Shown piece after piece: positions 57,701-64,000 of a stretch of DNA of 64,000 nt. Each line of letters opens with the position of its first letter. Within the stretch, counting starts at the first letter, position 1. The notes under the pieces were generated by a model. The model was not told the DNA's origin. It did no database searches and was given only the letters and a program-made list of their open reading frames with translations. Where the stretch lies: the NCBI GenBank assembly GCA_001642005.1, contig LWCA01000053.1, positions 1 through 64,000 of the forward strand. The letters run 5' to 3'. This DNA comes from Intoshia linei. Taxonomy: Eukaryota > Animalia > Orthonectida. The position numbers were made by a program, and so were the translations under genes.

Positions 57701-60700
57701 AAGTTCTATGTACCTCTTTATAGAATTTTGAGCAATAGACGTATCATTGAAATAACGATCTCTGAAACAATTATAAACTATAAATAAATAATGTCAAATA
57801 AACCGATTATTATAAATAGCATCGAGAAAACTGTAAATAGTTTTATCATCTTTTAAATATGACATTATTGTTTCAGTTGAAATTTCACATTCAATAACGA
57901 AAGTATATGTAGCACTAAAATTATCAATGGCTAATAATTTCTGAAACAAAGATATAATATAAACAAATTAAATAAACCTCAACATTAATGAGCAGAGCAT
58001 TTTTAATTTTTTTAGCTTCTTCACGTGATAAGTCCTTTAAAGACAAGAGATTGGAAATTAGTTTAAAAATACATTTCTAAATTGATAATATAAATATTAT
58101 ATATATTAATATTAACCTCTCTTTCATTTCCTTGCTCAATATAACAATAAATGATACAATCAAATTTTCTTTGGTGCATATATATCTGTTCTCTGACTAA
58201 ATTACTAAAAATTTACAACATTATCTTTTTAAATACAAATTTCGCTCGATACAGACTTTTTCAAGGCTTTCAACATCAAACATTTCAAAACCATAATTTT
58301 TAATTAATTTTATTATTGTGGTTTCATGTCGATCCAAATGATCGATATGATTCAAAGTTAAATGTTCAACTATCTAATTTATAAGTATTTTTATTTTAAA
58401 ATTTATTTTACCGTCTCAATTAATTCCATACTGGCTGTAAGTTGACGTTTAAATATGCACAATTGTTGAGCCAAAAAATTGTAAAAATTTTGCTTTGTTA
58501 CTGACTAATAATTTGTAAAAAACAACAAAAAATCTACAATACATCAAAATCGTTGGATTCGATAATTTCAATCATAATGTCTATAACATTTTGTATATCG
58601 TCAATTCTTAAAAAAAGTTTTAAACATTTTTTAATAATTATTACCCATTTTCTAATCCAAATATTCTACTTTTAAAGGCCTATTTTTATTTCCATTAAAT
58701 ATATAAAATTGAATTACACATTCCATCATTCCACAAAACTGAAAACTGTCAAATTTTAACAAAAAGTAAATATAGGGATAATCGTATTCGGCTAAATTGA
58801 TAGTTAAAACAGTCACCATTGAAACATACAGTTATTAGATCGGTATGTAACCAATATTCGTAAAATCTAAAAACAATGAAAAAATAATAAATATCAAAGT
58901 TACACTATTTTTAATTTCCAAAGAATTAATTTCTGAAAGTTCTGAATAATCGAAAAAATAGGAAGGTGATAGATGAATTCCGTTTAAGCACATTCTATAA
59001 AAAAATAAATTAATTTATACATTATTCAACCTTGAATTGAAATTATTACAGATATACAAGTCATCTGACTAAACTTGCCATCTATTAATATCAACATGAT
59101 AAATATAGTATTAACGGCGGCTAGCGCTATATGGAATTGCGCATAGTTTGGTAAAAAATGTTAAGGCCCATTTTGTAGCATGGTAGATTATGATCTGGGT
59201 TAATATATAGAAAATACATGACGTATGGAACGTAACAAATAAAAAAAAAATCGGCGGCAAGACCAGGATAATACCGCCCATGACGCCATTAATCAGCTCC
59301 AGTTGCAATTAAAGTTGTAATAAAATTTAATTTTTAATTTAACATGAATATTTTTTGAAGTGTGTATTTTCAACATTAAAAACGTATTTCTTCATCTCTA
59401 GTTTATCAACCTTTTTTCTTTTTTTAATTTTAAAGAATTTTTTAAAAAAAATTTAAAATAAAAAGTTTTAATTTGTTTCTGAACAAAAAAACAATTTTAT
59501 GTAACGGGTCCTAAGCGAGACGGTATACTTCTTGTTTTCAATTTTTCGCTAGGCACATATAAAATATTCTGACTAGGGTACACCTGTTGAGAACCACATA
59601 TATATGATGTAAATTAATATTTATAACAATAATAAATAAGTCATACGTTAAATAAGAAATTAATTTGTTTCCAACTTGGTCTAGTTCTTTTTTTAGACTG
59701 CCTGAACAATTCGACTTATCTATTAAAAAATAAATATAAATTATCAATATTTTTATTTATATTTTTGAAATTAAAAAAATATAAGTGCTTACCGTCATTC
59801 CAATCATCAACTTTGTTTGAACCATTATACAATTGGAGATATTTAGATATCAACACTTCAAACATTTCATAGAAGGGAGTGATGTAATCGTTTAAGCTTA
59901 CGTTATAGAAATAAATAATAATATCAAACAGCATGTATTTTTTGGCGGTTCGAATAATCTAAAATCAATTAAAAAATAAATTAATCTAAATATTACAGTG
60001 TCCCAAAACGTTTTGACTAGCTGTCATAAAATCGAAATTAAAAATCGAGACCAAAAACAAATATCGAATATTAAATTTTTACTTTTCAAACATTGGATTT
60101 AAGTTAATTAACCCTATTACTTACATATTGTATATAACATTGGATCTCGGTGTGTATGTTACCTATTACATGCTAATTACTCGTTAACAGAATAATTTGT
60201 CCTAAAAAAAATCTCATTACGTTAACGGATTTTTTTATAAATAATGTATATACATTAAAACAATGATTCCCGATTGATGGCCAAAATTATGTGCCTGGGG
60301 TAACTGAGATTACTAGACCGCTACATTGTTATTTCAAAAATCCCAATTTTATACCGACATTAATAAAATTTACAATTGTTAATAAAAAATACCATTTCAA
60401 GCCCTCAGGGCAAAATTGAATTTAGTCAACATTTTTTTGAAAAATTAGATTTTACGAAACTTATGAAAAATATCCACTTAATCAAACCACAAAATAAAAA
60501 ATACAATTTTACCAAACGTTAAGGGAAAAATACCCCTTTTTCAATATTTTTTTGAAAAACACGATTTTACCAAATCTTATGAGAAAAACGTCTTATTACC
60601 AAACCATAAAATAAAACTTTAATATTACCAACGCTTAAGGGAAATGTTCTCTTTTTCCAATATTATTTTGAAAAATCCGATTTTATTAAATCTTATGAGC

Positions 60701-63445
60701 AACAACTTCCTAAGCACAAACACAACATAAAAATGAAAATTTACTAACCCTCAATCAAAAATTCTCTTTTTCCAATATTTTTTTGAAAAAAACGATTTAC
60801 TAAATCCTATGATGAAAAACCTTTCAGTTTTTATTCAATATTTTATATCTCGTTTCTTTTGGGGTTCAAAAAATAAATGTTTTGAAATGGGGGTCCGTAC
60901 ACTATTTGAACCGGGAACCACTGCATTAAAACAATGAAAAAATTTTAATTTTCATTCCACTTACCTATATTCTGGGTCAATTCATTTCACATAATTAATA
61001 ATCAACCATTATTATCATCATTAATCAAGAAGAAAATACAATGTTTTACATATCTAAAACTTTTAATTTGAACCGAAAAAGATTTACTATAATTATGATG
61101 CTACTGTCTTTTCTCGATTATAAGCAAACCCCTGAAATAGAAATTTTCAGTGAAATTTTTAACTAAATAAAATTTAAATATAAGCAGTTCCTACTTGTAT
61201 TCGAAAAAAAACTTTAAACAAAAAATAGACAACATATCAATTTATTTTTAAAAAATAACTTTCTTCATACAATATGTCTAATTTAGAAGTTTTTCTTTCC
61301 CCATGTACAATATATTGTTTATGCAATTCGTTAAAAGTAATCTGAATTTCAAATTTTTTATTAGCAACAAAAAATTCATTAAGATAAGGTGATTCGGACG
61401 TGTTTTTAATATTTTCAATGTACTCATAATTAATGATATCAAGCAGGATCAAATATTCTTTAAGTTTTTCACAGACCTCATTTTTTAATTTATAAGTTTT
61501 ATCTCAAATAGATTTTGACAATACCCCAAGATGTAACTTAATACAAATCTTACAAGTTCTTAAAATATAAAAGCAAACTTTTAGTGTATTTTTTATATTT
61601 TTCAAGGTCTGCTTAAAAGTCTGCTTGTTTTTTATTATAACCATTTTTCCTTCTACTCTCGAATATAAGAAGACTTCTTATAATCGATTAAAGACAGTAG
61701 TCATTCTAAGTTAAAATTTAATGAAATATTTTACTTCAGAAAAATTCAGTCCATTAATCAAGAATTTTTATCTGTTAACGAGGAATTCCGTTATAAAGGA
61801 ATTACCTTGTAGTTAAAAAAACTCAATTTCTCATACATTTTTTATGAGGTGATGTTTACATCTAAGTTTCATTTTCTGAATATGAGTTCTTCAGGGTCAA
61901 AAATACAATTTTTCCTTTTTTATCGTTTTAAAATCATAATCATCATCCTAAATGATAACCTCTAAAAATTGTATTTTCACGATCAAAACAGCATATTATC
62001 TTTTTTACAGTTATACAGTTATCTCCAGTTGGGTTAAAATTTTTAATCTCACAAAGTGATACCTTCATGATCAAAAAAGCACTTTGGTACATAACAGTAA
62101 AACATAAGGTTATACTTATCTAGGTATGGTTTTATAAACAATATGGTTCAAATAACACAATGTCAGTATTTCATACATTTACGTGAATTCCATGAGAAAT
62201 TTCCTTTAAAAAAAAGGATAAATTTGATCGCAGATCATAGTTTGGCGGTAACTGATATGAATTAATTAATTTAAAAAATTACCAAATTAATATCAAGACA
62301 TTTCATATCAATTTTGGGTACAATAAGATTAAACAATTCAAAATTTGAATTATCAATTAAATACACAAGATATTCTCGAGCAAATCTAGCATTAATATAA
62401 ATGCATGATTTTTTACAGATGAAAGGAGTTATATTATCGAATAAAATTGGTTTGCATTGAGATATTAGCTCTTTAGAGTTGTTCAATTTATTATTACACT
62501 TATAATGATTTTCCTCCAATATTGAAAATATATCATAAATTTCAGAAAATAAAACTTGACTAAGCAAAAATGAAAAAAATATAAATTAAAAAAATTACGA
62601 AATTCCAACTTGAAATGCAATTTTTATAATAAATTTAATTTTTTTCTAAAAAATAAGTAAGATAAAAATGTATGTATTTTTACCGTGAATGTTATAATGG
62701 AGAAATAATTATCAAAGTTTAATAATTTTTCAGAGTAAATAATGAGAATATTTCTCGCCTAATTAAATTATGAGGTATAAAAACCATAAATATTATACTT
62801 TATCTAGCAAATTAATACGCGCTTTCTTGACAATGGCTTGACCAAAGAAACACGATGCTTTATTGGAAAGTAATTCGGCAATAAATATGATAACTTTTTC
62901 ATATTCACCCCTTTCAATCAAAAATTCTATTCGCTAAAATTTAATTTTTATCATTAAATAATTAAAATTATGTATTTTTTACTTTGTCCCATTTTCTAAG
63001 CGACAATCTGAAAGGTCCATATATTCCTAGAATGTAGAATACGAAATTATGCGTTCCTATTTGTCTTATTGTCAGCATATTACCATATTGTTTCTGTAAA
63101 TTATACAATTTTTAGATAAAAAATTATTACAAAATATTGAGAAATTCCTTTATCAATAGTTCTGTAACCAATAAATCCGCCAACAATGTTTACATGTGAT
63201 AAATCGATACTCTAAAAAAATAATTATAAATCAAGTCATACAACAAACCATTCATGTGGAGTGTTACTTCAATTTCATATAGACCGGTAAAATAAAAAAT
63301 TTTTTAATTACGATTTAATAGTCAATTAAAAAAACAAACAATTATTTATATTTTTTTTAAAAATCAGATCCTAATTATGAAAAAAACCTGAAATAAGTTT
63401 AAATAATGTGATATATGATGGAATTTGATAAATTCTGCTGTAACC
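54769..63445 (-). CDS. VPS8: VPS8 (CORVET subunit), central and C-terminal part; 5' end probably beyond window
   Basis: More than 25 small exons. Matches to human VPS8 as remembered: IDMKCLDINLV vs DITSLDIQQV; FDIIIYFYNVSLNDYITPFYEMF vs YDAMIYVYNRGMNEFISPMEKLF; VGNKLISYL..CLNG vs MGNKLLVYISCCLAG; YPYIYFLLKFDSFQFL vs YPYIRTLLHFDTREFL. C-terminal CYYC...IVYF. Confidence 0.85.
55806..56100 (+). mobile_element. Degenerate hAT-like transposase C-terminal fragment
   Basis: Reads TSCSVE*SFSMLKRILTKNRSFKSFNVETY, the SxxxERxFS dimerisation motif with a stop. Lies in a VPS8 intron. Confidence 0.6.
60420..60923. repeat. Degenerate ~115-120-nt tandem array (about 4 units) inside a hAT-like element
   Basis: TTTTGAAAAA..GATTTTAC.AAATCTTATGA recurs at ~60433, 60547, 60666 and 60778. 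Ends GGGAACCACTG. Related sequence at ~22184-22430 (rc) and ~53560-53650. Confidence 0.7.
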
Positions 63446-64000
63446 TGTAAGAATTTTAATATGACTAGTAAAGATTAAACATGCATGTCATTTTTTAAAT
63501 CAATATTAATAAATGATGAATGCATTAATATATAATTGCCTCAATTATAGATTTTGTAGATATGTCCATTACATACACAATTGAAGATTTACTGTACAAT
63601 ATCAAGCTAGAAGAGTTTGGCCACTAAATTGTATATAATATTAATGTTGTCAATAATTTACAGACTTTTATAAACTGTATTGAAAATTTAAATTTAAAGA
63701 ATAAATTCTATAGATATACGTGATTTTGACCATTAATATATTTTATAATCTTATTATTGGATTTAAAAATTTCAGTAGAATTGTCAAAAATAATTAAAAT
63801 AAATAAAAAATTAGTTTTAAGTGGAACTCAGTTGATAATTTATTAATTAAAATAAGAAACTAAAAAAATGAAATTACATGAAAAGCTGATATATCAAAAT
63901 CAAGTTTTAACGATAAAAATTTTTCATGAACCATTTCACTCGTTTTTATTTGTTTGATCTAAAAATTAAATAATAAAACTAAAATTAGATAATTACCCTA

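Noticed and set aside
60420-60830. Regularly spaced repeats resembling a CRISPR array
   Set aside because: Eukaryotic intron; the whole ~118-nt unit is degenerate-repeated with no unique spacers and no cas genes.

Overview
Very AT-rich, gene-dense eukaryotic (metazoan) genomic DNA. Most GT-AG introns are only 33-44 nt, and the larger introns are filled with DNA-transposon debris (Helitron-like, hAT/Buster, Tc1/mariner). This architecture suggests a reduced invertebrate parasite such as the orthonectid Intoshia (inference only). Hand splicing supports 17 protein-coding genes, most of them not visible in the ORF track: an SGSM1/2-type TBC RabGAP (3' part), SPMAP1/C17orf98-like, a divergent CDK4/6-like kinase, Pcc1/LAGE3, flotillin-2, a divergent nuclear-receptor-LBD protein, ERICH2-like, PIERCE1-like, a divergent BBS4, GALNT10-like, C19orf44-like, SDHB, TMEM41A, MALSU1, two tandem Sp/Btd zinc-finger genes, and VPS8 (running off the right end). 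The most interesting observations are: (i) a nuclear-receptor ligand-binding domain with no detectable DNA-binding domain, followed by a ~550-aa tail carrying six NR-box-like motifs; (ii) an ultra-compact SDHB/TMEM41A/MALSU1 block with 10 nt between stop codons and 44 nt between start codons; (iii) an ERICH2-PIERCE1-BBS4 ciliary cluster; (iv) tandem Sp genes flanked by repeated AGGCGT(G) sites that fit their own zinc-finger code. All family assignments come from remembered homologue sequences, not database searches. Exon boundaries were placed by hand.
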